Below, in pieces: positions 9,001 through 18,712 of a stretch of DNA of 64,000 nucleotides. Every line of letters starts with the position of its first letter. The first letter of the stretch is position 1. The notes beneath the pieces were generated by a model. The model was not told the origin of the DNA. It saw only the letters and a program-made list of their open reading frames with translations, and made no database searches. Made by a program: the position numbers and the translations under genes. Origin of the DNA: a virus (Duplodnaviria; Caudoviricetes); the IMG/VR virus record IMGVR_UViG_3300028805_000056, positions 84,552 through 148,551 of that record; one strand, 5' to 3'.

Positions 9001-11188
9001 AATATATGATAATACAGCAGTAGCCTCACCGGTAATAACATATGACGGATTTAATACTGTATCAATATCTTGTGCGACACAAGGTGCTGACATATATTAT
9101 AATGTGAATCATCTTAGAAGTTATACATTATATACCGCTCCGTTTACGATAAGCGATGATTCATATGTTGAAGCATATGCCATACTTGGCGGACAGAGTA
9201 GTAACACATTGACTCAGAACTGTGTTTATGTCAGTGATGTACCGGTAGAAGCATCGAACAGAGACATTAAATATTGGACAAATAACGGACAAACAATTAC
9301 AACGCCTTATTCAGTTAATGCAATTGACGGACACTCGTCAAGTTATTCAAGGGGTACATTTAACTTTGAATCGAGTTTTGCACTAAGACAAGCACAACCC
9401 GCATACTTATGGTTCCAACACGCAGACCAATCAGCATCTGTATATATAGACGATACATTGGTTGAGAAGCATTGGGGTGGCTATACCGCATTCTTTGTTG
9501 ATATATCCAATTATGTTCATAGCGGAACAAATAATGTAAAGGTGGCATTGAAGAACAACGAAGGTAATAACCTTGCACCGGCAGGTGGTGACTTTAACTT
9601 CAACGCAACACTCGGTAATGTGAAGTTACTGACAAGCCCGTGTTTACCCGCAATGAAATACGGCTATGACGGTTTCCACATCACATCTGATGTTGCCACT
9701 TCATCTGCAACAATATATGTGAGAACCACAGTTCCTACAGGTGCAACGTTAGTATGTACGATAAGCGGTACAAACTGTAATTACACTTCGACAAGTGCAA
9801 GTACGGGAGAAGAAATGACATTCAGCACAACTATTTCAAACCCCCATCTTTGGGGCGGTACAGCTGACCCATACCTGTATGATGTCAAACTCGAAATCTA
9901 CAACAACAATGTGCTATATCATTCATTTGAAAGACCTTATGGACTTAGGTTCTATGAATATGTCTTCAATGAAACGATTAACGGAAACCCATATACAGGC
10001 TTCCTGCTCAATGGTTCACCATATCTCTTGAGAGGTGTATGTATGCACGATGATATAGACGGTAAGGCCAATGCATTATCAGCAAGTGACTATGAACAGG
10101 AGTTCAACATTATACAGGAACTTGGTTGTAATTTCATCCGTCTTGCACACTATCCTCATCCAAAGGAAGTATATGACAATTGTGATAGGTTAGGTATTGT
10201 AGTACAGACGGAGGCTCCTTGTGTAAATAAACTCCAATCTACTATGCCATCCGATTACTATACACACCTTGAAGGACAATATACGGATATGGTAAATCAG
10301 CATTATAACCATCCTTGTATATTCTTTTGGGGTCTTAGTAACGAGACAACAACTGATGATAAGGACTTCGGTAAGACAAAGATAGAGGGATACACAACCC
10401 TTATCAGAAGTCTTGACTCAGAACGTATGATTGGTTATGTGATGTCACACAGTTGGGAAAACCCAAGTGCATATTATAACAATCCTGATGTTGACTGGTT
10501 CGGCTGTAATATCTACACAGGTTGGTATATTGATCAAAATTCAAATAACCCGTCAAATCGCCTTAACACACGTATAAACAATATCATAACCACCTTACAG
10601 AAGCCAATGGCATATTCTGAGTATGGTTGTGGTGGTACACAGCGATGTCACTCAGATAACTTTATGTCGACGACCACAAGGGGTAATAATGAGAGACACG
10701 ATATTGAATATCAAATGTGGCTGCATGAGGGTCATATTGCTACAATAAAGAATTATCCACAATTAATGTTTACCGCACAATGGCAGTTGTTTGACATTGC
10801 GGTTGCAAACAGAAACGAGGGTTATACGGTATGTCTTGACGGTGAGAATGCAACTACGGATGACAACCTCAGGAGATTGAACAACAAGGGTCTTGTTGAG
10901 AGAGACCACATCACGAAGAAGGATACGTTCTATCTCTATAAGGCATGGTGGAATCCGACACCATTCGTCCACATCTGCGGTAAGGATTATACAAAAACAA
11001 CAGACAGAGTGATCAAGTGTTATACGAATGATGGTGCTTCATTGTCAATGTATGTGAACAACACGTTTGTTGAAACGGTTAATGTAACTGACAACATTGC
11101 CACATTTACGGCAACGAACTTTAGTAATGGTGATGTTGTAAGGGTTGAGGGTACAAACACAAATGACACATTAACATTTGGTTCATAG
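6074..11188 (+). CDS. large multidomain protein: Ig-like + Thr-rich linker + chitobiase/FN3-like repeats + LRR-like repeats + C-terminal GH2 glycosidase
   Basis: GH2 motifs FLLNG.P..LRGV.MH, NFIRLAHYPH, CDRLGI, NHPCIFFWGLSNE, SEYG; P.ITCDG..VTITC.T repeats; LPATTL..CY..MF repeats; TATTTAT at 6038. Confidence 0.88.
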   Translation: MPNVFIKVDGEYTQSANFYRKINGEWSSITQEELISYVGTTVFNYGGNVNNTRFEIAGPSNVTAETCSCVAILNGQTVSNGVSWSITSGVQYATIDTGGTVTILSTADESEIVVTAQYNRYTASLTMNITFLSGSTSETTVETVTDSSGNTTTTTTTTTENEDGSSTETTTTVITDESGNTIGSTEVSTETNADGSYTGTTTNYDSEGNAVDGTNVVGDSSGNVSTQDVEYDESGNTVVTSYTIDTSGNPNGEKNFNGDGINTEYYAFDMTHGFVVELNFTIDFSNQPAGQNENHHQILSAKRATPTPWYGFQIRQSGTNKYIQLGTQFATGSNTNTTISAQTITNNVAEYNITITYNPTASTNTFVCYDNIKDSVVYRSNNVFPDIDDLKYLKVTLGHGMDENGDPYRYSNIDVKNFVIKRLNNVADPAITCDGMEVTITCATQGADIYYRLGNAGLYSTYTAPISISADTVVYSYAELNGDKSNTISQLCVYDNGIENPVITCDGMEVTITCVTQGTTIYYKREQEASYSTYNAPFSISADTVVYAYAEYSGLTSSVVSATCVYDNGIEAPVIYCDGENVTITCNTPSVDLYYKLNQETGYTVYDDAITISADTVVYAYAELNGATSNVVSATCVYSPIVLVSPVITCDGEFVTITCETQNSTILYKIGQEGTYAAYTVAFPISADTTVYAYSQYNGQTSTVVSENCIYNPVHDYSKDYLTFRITSGGTICWKSVGSGYAKTIEYSLNGGEWTSITAASTPPSISVAEGDVIMFRGTNQTYAGNKSNYSSFGHDTSGSTDVGSTAHFTIEGNIMSLIYGDNFSGHTTFNGGTYNLCSIFKRTNVESAENLVLPATTLTNYCYRAMFSWCTSLMTPPQLPATTLAQGCYWYMFEQCPMTTAPDLLAETLIRECYGYMFTGCGNLNYIKCLATNVASPPASALTGWVSNVAATGTFVKDTDTTWSTGNNGIPNGWTIYDNTAVASPVITYDGFNTVSISCATQGADIYYNVNHLRSYTLYTAPFTISDDSYVEAYAILGGQSSNTLTQNCVYVSDVPVEASNRDIKYWTNNGQTITTPYSVNAIDGHSSSYSRGTFNFESSFALRQAQPAYLWFQHADQSASVYIDDTLVEKHWGGYTAFFVDISNYVHSGTNNVKVALKNNEGNNLAPAGGDFNFNATLGNVKLLTSPCLPAMKYGYDGFHITSDVATSSATIYVRTTVPTGATLVCTISGTNCNYTSTSASTGEEMTFSTTISNPHLWGGTADPYLYDVKLEIYNNNVLYHSFERPYGLRFYEYVFNETINGNPYTGFLLNGSPYLLRGVCMHDDIDGKANALSASDYEQEFNIIQELGCNFIRLAHYPHPKEVYDNCDRLGIVVQTEAPCVNKLQSTMPSDYYTHLEGQYTDMVNQHYNHPCIFFWGLSNETTTDDKDFGKTKIEGYTTLIRSLDSERMIGYVMSHSWENPSAYYNNPDVDWFGCNIYTGWYIDQNSNNPSNRLNTRINNIITTLQKPMAYSEYGCGGTQRCHSDNFMSTTTRGNNERHDIEYQMWLHEGHIATIKNYPQLMFTAQWQLFDIAVANRNEGYTVCLDGENATTDDNLRRLNNKGLVERDHITKKDTFYLYKAWWNPTPFVHICGKDYTKTTDRVIKCYTNDGASLSMYVNNTFVETVNVTDNIATFTATNFSNGDVVRVEGTNTNDTLTFGS
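7357..8210 (+). repeat. four tandem ~72-aa coding repeats (fifth copy near 9026)
   Basis: P.ITCDG..VTITC.T....IYY....Y..P..ISADTVVYAY; ATCACTTGCGATGGTATGGAAGTTAC identical in copies 1 and 2. Confidence 0.85.
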
Positions 11189-11210
11189 GTATAATAAGAA
11201 TAAGAATTTG

Positions 11211-11253
11211 AAAACGGACAGGTCATTTTTTTTTGGCTTGTCCGTTTTTTTTT
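11211..11253 (+). terminator. intrinsic terminator
   Basis: AAAACGGACA/TGTCCGTTTT stem plus T-run. Confidence 0.75.
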
Positions 11254-11272
11254 GAAAAAAGTTGGCAAAAAA

Positions 11273-11304
11273 TTTGGTCATTTCAAAAAATTGTCTTACC
11301 TTTG
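11273..11304 (+). promoter_or_regulatory. class I sigma-A promoter
   Basis: TTTG-N20-TACCTTTG followed by CAGCAGAAAACAAAA. Confidence 0.85.
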
Positions 11305-11321
11305 CAGCAGAAAACAAAATA

Positions 11322-11621
11322 ATGGATATGGATAGTAGTACTTATTTACCAATTAACATTTTTGAGGAGTTCGACATTTTAAGTCAGTCGAGGGCGCCCA
11401 AGTCAATAGTGTATGATTCTGAAATATATGAACTTGTTGTCAGACCGTATAAGTTTCCGTACCTGTATGGTGATGAAACAATGTTAGAAATGGGGTATTA
11501 TTCCGTCGGTGTGGACGAGGATGGTGACCATTATTTCCTGTGGTATGTGACAGGAAAGACGGTGGAGGAATGTGACAAGCAGATATTTGAAGGTTTGAAC
11601 AAGTGGAAAATTGAATATTAA
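11322..11621 (+). CDS. hypothetical protein
   Basis: First ATG after promoter. Confidence 0.7.
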   Translation: MDMDSSTYLPINIFEEFDILSQSRAPKSIVYDSEIYELVVRPYKFPYLYGDETMLEMGYYSVGVDEDGDHYFLWYVTGKTVEECDKQIFEGLNKWKIEY

Positions 11622-11633
11622 ATAATAAAAAAA

Positions 11634-12194
11634 ATGGAAAAGAAGTTATTTTATATTGACGGTTCTCTCGTGTCAAAGGCATTTAGAAAGCACAATCCTT
11701 ATTATATGTTAGTGAAGGTTGTGGAGCATCTTAATTTTGGCAAGGCTAAGGTTGAATGCTATTGGTTTGACATACCTTGTGCTTATTATCCTGTAAGTTT
11801 CTTGGGATATGATGTGGTTGAGGAAAAGGACATAAAGGAACTGAATTGGTATAATCTTCTCAATGACATAAACAAAGATTGTTATGAAAGAAAATATTGG
11901 TATTGGAATTTTTTGAGGACACAATATCCATATAGTTCTTTTTATGACAATCACAATTCCAATGAACTAACAATAACATATAATTATGAAGTTATTGCGA
12001 AGATAGACACAAATGTTCTTCCCGATTGGTGTAAGGGTCAATCTGTATTGGAAGAAATTGACATTGTTCTTGATGATATGATCAATCGTGGAATTGAATG
12101 TGAGAATTGTAAGAAGTTGAAGGAACTTATCAGAACCGACGAAGTCACAATGACAACGGAAGAGTACCTGAGAATAAAAGGATATATTGAATAA
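11634..12194 (+). CDS. hypothetical protein
   Basis: 186-aa ORF. Confidence 0.75.
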   Translation: MEKKLFYIDGSLVSKAFRKHNPYYMLVKVVEHLNFGKAKVECYWFDIPCAYYPVSFLGYDVVEEKDIKELNWYNLLNDINKDCYERKYWYWNFLRTQYPYSSFYDNHNSNELTITYNYEVIAKIDTNVLPDWCKGQSVLEEIDIVLDDMINRGIECENCKKLKELIRTDEVTMTTEEYLRIKGYIE

Positions 12195-12237
12195 TATTGT
12201 ATATTTGAAAAAGAAAACTTTAATTTAAAAAAAAAAT

Positions 12238-12666
12238 ATGGGATACGAGATTAATTCAACGTGGACGAGACTTCGTCAGAAAAGCATTGAGAAATTGAAC
12301 GAGATAATTGATGATGAGTATTGCAGGGAATTGGAAATCGGCAGAAAACTCAACATCATGGAAAAAATTACGGATGAGTTTGAAAAAGAAATAAATTCGC
12401 TCAATTGGGATAACATAACCAAATATATGAAAGAACATGATTGGACTTGGTATATGGGTGGAAATTTTGATAATTGTTACACCCCAACAAAGGAAGAAAT
12501 GATTGAAAGGCTTAGAAAAGATTTTCTTAAACATGGTCTTTATGAAATCATTGAACTTGGTAAGGACAGATTTTCGACATTTTCTGGTGGTTTTAACCTC
12601 GAAATTGGGTATAATGGAAATTCATATTGGGTTCATATCTGTTTTGATATTGCACATTTTGCTTGA
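12238..12666 (+). CDS. hypothetical protein
   Basis: 142-aa ORF after TATATTTG at 12200. Confidence 0.75.
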   Translation: MGYEINSTWTRLRQKSIEKLNEIIDDEYCRELEIGRKLNIMEKITDEFEKEINSLNWDNITKYMKEHDWTWYMGGNFDNCYTPTKEEMIERLRKDFLKHGLYEIIELGKDRFSTFSGGFNLEIGYNGNSYWVHICFDIAHFA

Positions 12667-12670
12667 AACA

Positions 12671-12985
12671 ATGAGTAGTATAGTTTGTAAATACAAGATA
12701 GTATATGATGGGGGTGATGGTTACACCCACGACAAATACATTTACTGCAAGTTTGAGAATGTTTGGGACGGTCAGTTATGGAGGAATGAGGACGGAACGC
12801 CTGTCGACTTCTTTTGTCTCTCGGATAGTCAGGCGCTTGTAACTGCACATTGTATCGCGAACATCCCAACTAATAATGAACATTACTATTGGAAAGAGAT
12901 AAAAGATTTTGAACTTCCGGATATTGTATGGGAGTCTTTTAAATCTTATAAAAGAAAAGAAGACAATGGAAATGAAAATACTTGA
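12671..12985 (+). CDS. hypothetical protein
   Basis: ATG 4 nt after upstream stop. Confidence 0.65.
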   Translation: MSSIVCKYKIVYDGGDGYTHDKYIYCKFENVWDGQLWRNEDGTPVDFFCLSDSQALVTAHCIANIPTNNEHYYWKEIKDFELPDIVWESFKSYKRKEDNGNENT

Positions 12986-13295
12986 TCTTCCTCTTAAGAA
13001 GGAATGGTATGAAATGATTGAGAGCGGGATTAAAGCCGAAGAATATAGGGAAATAAAGCCCTATTGGGTGAAAAGATTTCTTGGACTTGATCAACCGATA
13101 TTATTCTCAAAAAGATACGGGTATGAAACCTGTAATGTTAAGGGATATACCCACATCCGTTTTAGATACGGATATACAAAGAGGACCATGTTGTTCGAAT
13201 TGGATGACATAAGAATCGGACAAGGAAAAACCGAGTGGGGCGCACCGAAAGATCAAAAAGTGTTCATACTAAAGTTAGGAAATAGAAAAGAATAA
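12966..13295 (+). CDS. ASCH/PUA-like domain protein
   Basis: LDLPLKKEWYEMIESGIK.EEYREIKPYW (GxKxxExR) motif. Confidence 0.75.
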   Translation: MEMKILDLPLKKEWYEMIESGIKAEEYREIKPYWVKRFLGLDQPILFSKRYGYETCNVKGYTHIRFRYGYTKRTMLFELDDIRIGQGKTEWGAPKDQKVFILKLGNRKE

Positions 13296-13311
13296 AAAAA
13301 ACTTTGAAAAA

Positions 13312-13343
13312 TTTGGCCAATTCAAAAAAAAGCTGTACCTTTG
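13312..13343 (+). promoter_or_regulatory. class I sigma-A promoter
   Basis: TTTG-N20-TACCTTTG followed by CAGCAGAAAACAAAAA. Confidence 0.85.
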
Positions 13344-13403
13344 CAGCAGAAAACAAAAAGAAACAACAAAATTAATTAAATAACATTATTTAAATTTATT
13401 ATT

Positions 13404-14750
13404 ATGAGTACATCAGTTTTAAACGGAAAAATGAACATTGTCGAGAAGCACGTAACAATTAAGGAGTTCGTAGAGGGCTACCTCAACAATGAGAACGAAG
13501 AAGTCGGTGGCGTAACAACAATGAACGGAAATGTAATTATACGTCCCAAGTACCAACGTTCTTACATTCGTGCTAATGACACAAAGTGGAAGCGCAACCT
13601 CATCTTAAGTATCATCAATGGTTATCCTATCAGTCTTTTCTATTGGGGTGCTAACGAAGATGGTACGTTCGATATGATTGACGGGCAACAACGTAGTATC
13701 ACAATCTGTGATTTCATCAATGGTGGTTATTCTATCATTTATGACGAAAAAGAAAGATATTTCCACAATCTCCCACAAGAAGTGAAAGAGGATATACTTA
13801 ATTATAAATTGCGTGTGAATGTTTGTGTTGGTAGTCAGAGTAGCAAGTTGAAGTGGTTCGAAATCATCAATCAGCCTATCTCCGAACTGACAAAGCAAGA
13901 ACTCCGCAATGCGTCTTATAGTGGCGAATGGCTCGAAATGGTAAAGAAAATCTTTTCCGCCCCAAGCGCAGGTGCTCTCAAAGAAGTAACAGACAAAGAA
14001 AGCAAATATACCGCTCTCCGCTATACTGAAAAGCCAAAGATTGAACGCCAAGAAATTCTCGAAATGGTTTTGGATTGGGCATCTTATAATGAGTTTCCAA
14101 ACATCAAGACAAAGGACGAGCGCATCGAAAAGTATATGGCCGCTCATCAGCACGACACAGAAATGACCGAGTTGGATTTTTATCACAAGGTTATTGATTG
14201 GATTTGGGCAACGTTCCTTGACCTCGAAGAAAACATCCACGAATGTAGGGGTGTAAAGGGTACACCTCACTCTATGGTCGGTGCAGATTGGGGACGTTTG
14301 TACTATCAATTCCACAACAAAGAATTTGACACGAAGTACATTTCAAAACGTGTCATAGAACTTCTCAAAGATACCGACATCGTTAAATACAACGGAATTT
14401 ATGAGTATCTGCTTACTGGTGAGCAAGACCAAAAGTTACTGCAAATTCGCTCTTTCTCAAAGGACGACATCCGAAAGATGTATATCTACCAAGATGGTAT
14501 TGACCCCGTTAGTGGCGAAAAGCACCCAATCGAAGATTTTGAAGCACATCACATTGTGGCTTGGACTGATGGCGGCAAGACCGAAATCGGTAACCTCGTT
14601 CTTCTCACAAAGGAAAGTCACCACAAGTTCCACAATCAATATATTTCTCGTGATGAGATTGTTGCGAAACGTGATGAACTTTGGAAAGCAAACAACCCCA
14701 AAGATTTCCAAAAGTATTCAATGCTGAAAACCCTCAACGAAAGTTTCTAA
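13404..14750 (+). CDS. DUF262 (GmrSD-like) + HNH endonuclease
   Basis: RPKYQR, IDGQQR, FEIIN motifs; C-terminal EAHHIVAW..GGKT.IGNL..L...H. Confidence 0.85.
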   Translation: MSTSVLNGKMNIVEKHVTIKEFVEGYLNNENEEVGGVTTMNGNVIIRPKYQRSYIRANDTKWKRNLILSIINGYPISLFYWGANEDGTFDMIDGQQRSITICDFINGGYSIIYDEKERYFHNLPQEVKEDILNYKLRVNVCVGSQSSKLKWFEIINQPISELTKQELRNASYSGEWLEMVKKIFSAPSAGALKEVTDKESKYTALRYTEKPKIERQEILEMVLDWASYNEFPNIKTKDERIEKYMAAHQHDTEMTELDFYHKVIDWIWATFLDLEENIHECRGVKGTPHSMVGADWGRLYYQFHNKEFDTKYISKRVIELLKDTDIVKYNGIYEYLLTGEQDQKLLQIRSFSKDDIRKMYIYQDGIDPVSGEKHPIEDFEAHHIVAWTDGGKTEIGNLVLLTKESHHKFHNQYISRDEIVAKRDELWKANNPKDFQKYSMLKTLNESF

Positions 14751-14799
14751 AAAAGAGATAGTTAAAGGTATTTATTAATAGTTAAAAAGATAGAAAATT

Positions 14800-15762
14800 A
14801 TGGCTAAAACAAATAATACAAATCTGCATAGTGCAAAGAGAGAAAAGAACGATGAGTTTTACACACTTCTCGAAGATGTTGAGGATGAGTTGAAGTACTA
14901 CAAGGACTACTTTAAAGGCAAGGTAGTGTATTGTAACTGCGACAACGTGACAAAAGACCAACGCAGCAACTTCTTCAGGTACTTTGCTCTCAACTATGAG
15001 TTTCTCGGACTTAAAGGGCTTGTCTGCACAGCCTACAACCCAAACGGCAAGGGAAAGAAGTACGAATATTTTGGTGACCTCAATGGCAACAACTACCCCG
15101 ATGAGGAAGAAATCGAAACGACTGAAATGGACGGGGATGGTGACTTCCGTAGCCAAGAGTGTATCGAAATTCTCAAAAAGGCAGATGTTGTGGTAACAAA
15201 TCCCCCGTTCTCCCTTTTCCGTGAATATGTTGCACAATTAATGGAGCACGGCAAAAAATTCTTGATTGTCGGTGAACTGAACGTAGTTACCTACAAGGAA
15301 ATATTCCCTCTTATCAAGGAAAATAAAGTTTGGCTTGGCGTTAAAAACGTAAACACTGATATGGTGTTTAAAGTTCCATCTTATTACGAGGCAAAAACAA
15401 CTCGATATTGGCAAGATGAGAACGGACAAAAGTGGCGCAGTCTTGGAAATGCTTGTTGGCTCACCAATCTTGACCACAAGAAACGCCACGAAGAAATGAC
15501 ACTTTATAAAAAGTACAATGCGGAGAACTATCCGAAGTACGACAACTACGATGCAATCGAAGTGGGCAAGGTAACCGACATCCCTTGTGACTATGACGGA
15601 ATTATGGGTGTGCCTATCACATTTCTTGGCAAATACAATCCAAGTCAATTCGAAATAATTGGAATTGCAAATTCCGCTCGTTGGATAGGTGATTTCCCTT
15701 GTTATACAATTATAAATGGGAAGAAAATCTACAATCGCATATTAATCAAGCGAGTTTTCTAA
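14800..15762 (+). CDS. adenine-specific DNA methyltransferase, EcoRI family
   Basis: KNDEFYT, VYCNCD, GDGDFRS, VTNPPFSLFREY, YDNYDAI, MGVPITFL. Confidence 0.88.
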   Translation: MAKTNNTNLHSAKREKNDEFYTLLEDVEDELKYYKDYFKGKVVYCNCDNVTKDQRSNFFRYFALNYEFLGLKGLVCTAYNPNGKGKKYEYFGDLNGNNYPDEEEIETTEMDGDGDFRSQECIEILKKADVVVTNPPFSLFREYVAQLMEHGKKFLIVGELNVVTYKEIFPLIKENKVWLGVKNVNTDMVFKVPSYYEAKTTRYWQDENGQKWRSLGNACWLTNLDHKKRHEEMTLYKKYNAENYPKYDNYDAIEVGKVTDIPCDYDGIMGVPITFLGKYNPSQFEIIGIANSARWIGDFPCYTIINGKKIYNRILIKRVF

Positions 15763-15904
15763 TCAAAATTCTAAAATAAGGGCATTTGCCATTGACTGAT
15801 AAGTCTTTTTCATCATTGCCCTTTCTAAATTTGATTATTTCGAATTGACTAATAGATTAGACCAAAAAAATACAACAATAGTTTAAAACTATGTACTTAA
15901 TTTC

Positions 15905-15939
15905 AATGCACTTGCTCGTGAGAGTGGGTGCATTTTTTT
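15905..15939 (+). terminator. intrinsic terminator
   Basis: AATGCACTTGCTC/GAGTGGGTGCATT stem with G-U pairs plus T-run. Confidence 0.75.
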
Positions 15940-16007
15940 CCATTTTATTTGGTATATGGATTTTTTTGTATATTTGTTTTGTAAGTTTTTAATGTAATAT
16001 AAAATTT

Positions 16008-17114
16008 ATGGGAAAAATACAAGAAATTGGTTATAGTTTAAAGGACGTTAGTATCGTTCCATCCAAGATTACTTATATTGATCATCGTAGTGATGTTGAT
16101 CCGTTTATCCAAATATGCGGTAGAAAATCATATCCCATTTTTGTTGCACCAATGGGTGCTGTCACTGATGAAAACAACTATGAAACGTGGATTGAGAACA
16201 ATTTGACACCCGTAATTCCAAGAAGTGTCAGTACAAGACTGACATTTGAAGAACGACTTAAACTATCAGAAAAGACATTCGTCTCCTTTTCATTGAGCGA
16301 ATTTAGTGACTTTGTCGGAAGAACACCATATAACGAGAAAGACCCCGTCAGATACATATGTGTTGATTTGGCTAATGGGCATATGTTCAAATTGTTGAAA
16401 AAGTGTGAGATAGCAAAGTTGCGATATGGAAATAAAATAGTCCTTATGACGGGGAACATTGCAAACCCGAATACTTATGATGAATATTGTAGGGTTGGAA
16501 TTGATTATGTCCGTGTCGGTATCGGTGGAGGAAGCAGGTGCACAACCTCCGCAAATGGTGGGGTACACTATCCAATGGCCACTCTTCTTGACAAAATATG
16601 CAAAAAAAGGAACACTTATAAGGATTGGGAAAGATCCTATACCAAAATCGTCGCCGACGGTGGAATATATAATTTCGACGACATCAACAAGTGTCTTGCA
16701 ATCGGTGCAGATGCGGTTATGATAGGACGTGTGTTTGCCGAGTGTGAAGAGGCGTGTGGCGAAGTGTTATATGCAATGAACGAGAAGATGCTTAATGCGG
16801 GAATTGCCTATACTAAAGAAGATTACGATTGTCTCTGCGGACTTTTGAAGGATAACTTAAAGCCATATAGGGAATATTATGGAATGAGCACAAAACAGGC
16901 ACAGAAGGAAACCGGCGGAAAGGGCGACAAGACAGCAGAGGGCATTTCAAAACCGGTACTTGTAAAGTATCCTGTTGCTAAGTGGGTTGACAATATGCAG
17001 TCTTATCTTAGAAGCAGTATGGCATATTCGGATAGTAAGAACATAGAGGAGTTCAATGAAAATGCGGAGATAATCATTCTCGGAGGAAGCGGAGACTACA
17101 GCTATCGAAAATAA
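16008..17114 (+). CDS. IMP dehydrogenase / GMP reductase family protein (no CBS domain)
   Basis: APM, D.ANGH, GNIA, RVGIGGGSRCTT (catalytic Cys), IVADGGI, YYGMS, EG. Confidence 0.88.
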   Translation: MGKIQEIGYSLKDVSIVPSKITYIDHRSDVDPFIQICGRKSYPIFVAPMGAVTDENNYETWIENNLTPVIPRSVSTRLTFEERLKLSEKTFVSFSLSEFSDFVGRTPYNEKDPVRYICVDLANGHMFKLLKKCEIAKLRYGNKIVLMTGNIANPNTYDEYCRVGIDYVRVGIGGGSRCTTSANGGVHYPMATLLDKICKKRNTYKDWERSYTKIVADGGIYNFDDINKCLAIGADAVMIGRVFAECEEACGEVLYAMNEKMLNAGIAYTKEDYDCLCGLLKDNLKPYREYYGMSTKQAQKETGGKGDKTAEGISKPVLVKYPVAKWVDNMQSYLRSSMAYSDSKNIEEFNENAEIIILGGSGDYSYRK

Positions 17115-17140
17115 GAGAAAAAAAGCAATATTATGACTTA

Positions 17141-18169
17141 ATGGAATTAAACAGAATTTACAATTGTGATTGTGTAGACGGACTGAAAGAATTAGAGGAT
17201 AATTCAATTGACTTGGTTGTGACATCCCCACCATATGATGACCTTAGGACATATGGTCAGGACAAGTCAACGTGGAACTTTGAGACCTTTAAGAAGGTCG
17301 CCAATGAACTGTATCGTGTTATGAAACCGGGACGTGTTGTTGTGTGGGTTGTTGGTGATCAAGTTAAAAACGGAGGGGAAACCGGTACATCATTCAGGCA
17401 AGCCCTGTATTTTCAAGAGATTGGTTTCAAGATTCACGACACAATGATTTATGAGAAGAATTCATCATCATTTCCTGCAAGAAGAGATTCTAAAAGATAC
17501 ACACAGATTTTCGAATATATGTTTGTATTTGTGAAGGGAAAGATTCGTGATGACATAAAACTGATTGCGGACAAACGTAATAAGTGGTCAGGGTGGACGT
17601 CTTGGGGTAAACAGACACAATATAGTGACAAGGGTAAGATTGAGGTTGAGAAGACAATTATGCCCGTACCTGAGTTCAGTCTAAGGAACAATATATGGAA
17701 ATTCAGTGGGGCATTGAACGACAAGACAAAACACCCTGCGGTATTCCCTGAAAAACTTGCGGGAGACCACATCCTGTCTTGGACCGTTGAGGGTGATGTA
17801 GTGCTTGACCCATTCATGGGTAGTGGAACAAGTGCAAAAATGTCACTTCTTTACAATCGGCAATATATCGGTTTCGAACTAAATACCGAATATTATGAGG
17901 AATCGTTAAAGAGAGTTGAGAAGTATGTCGGAAAGGATTTGACTGGCGAGAATGAGACAATATCATTCAATGACGGTGACGATGACCTTATAGTAAGGAA
18001 AGAGGATGAAAAGGAACTGCAACAGAAGACAGAACTGTTCAACAAACTTGTTGAAGACCTCAACACATATTTTAATGAGCAATCACTAAGTATTCTGAAG
18101 ACATTAAAGTTGTCATTTGAGACAAAGACAAATAACAGACGAGTGGAAGAAAGATTGAAAAATAATTAA
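17141..18169 (+). CDS. beta-class amino DNA methyltransferase (m4C/m6A)
   Basis: VTSPPY precedes HPAVFP and VLDPFMGSGT. Confidence 0.9.
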   Translation: MELNRIYNCDCVDGLKELEDNSIDLVVTSPPYDDLRTYGQDKSTWNFETFKKVANELYRVMKPGRVVVWVVGDQVKNGGETGTSFRQALYFQEIGFKIHDTMIYEKNSSSFPARRDSKRYTQIFEYMFVFVKGKIRDDIKLIADKRNKWSGWTSWGKQTQYSDKGKIEVEKTIMPVPEFSLRNNIWKFSGALNDKTKHPAVFPEKLAGDHILSWTVEGDVVLDPFMGSGTSAKMSLLYNRQYIGFELNTEYYEESLKRVEKYVGKDLTGENETISFNDGDDDLIVRKEDEKELQQKTELFNKLVEDLNTYFNEQSLSILKTLKLSFETKTNNRRVEERLKNN

Positions 18170-18172
18170 AAA

Positions 18173-18640
18173 ATGGTACCATATTATATTATAATAGCAT
18201 TGGTAATCACATTGATTACCGTATTGAAGGAATTCATCATTGGGACGAGAATTTACGACTATGCAATAAATGCTGCGTTTATATTAGGTTGGATAGGCAC
18301 AATGTTCCCAACCAATATCTATTATACCATTTCATTGGCAATCGTCATTGTCTTGTTCATTTTGTCACATGTATTTTGGGGCAGGCCAACGGTGAATGGA
18401 GGGAATGAGGCATTTACATTTTCCGAAGCCAATGCGGATGAGAATGGTATTGTTCCGTTTATGCAAGGATATACAGGTAAGGTTGTTTCCGAAATGCAAG
18501 GCGGTTATCTTGGTACTACAATAAAAGACGGCTCACCTGTTGAAATTATCGTACATAGTGATGAGGAACTGCAACCGGGTGATGAATTTGAAATACTTGG
18601 TGCCTCAGGAACAAAAATAATTGCAAAAAAAACGAAATAA
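18173..18640 (+). CDS. membrane protein, NfeD-like
   Basis: Three N-terminal hydrophobic segments plus C-terminal OB-like GKVV...PGDEFEIL. Confidence 0.55.
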   Translation: MVPYYIIIALVITLITVLKEFIIGTRIYDYAINAAFILGWIGTMFPTNIYYTISLAIVIVLFILSHVFWGRPTVNGGNEAFTFSEANADENGIVPFMQGYTGKVVSEMQGGYLGTTIKDGSPVEIIVHSDEELQPGDEFEILGASGTKIIAKKTK

Positions 18641-18712
18641 TTAAAAAATTATTTGTATATTTGTGAAAATAAAAGGAAAAATAATGTTTTAAAACAAATT
18701 TTAATATAATCT

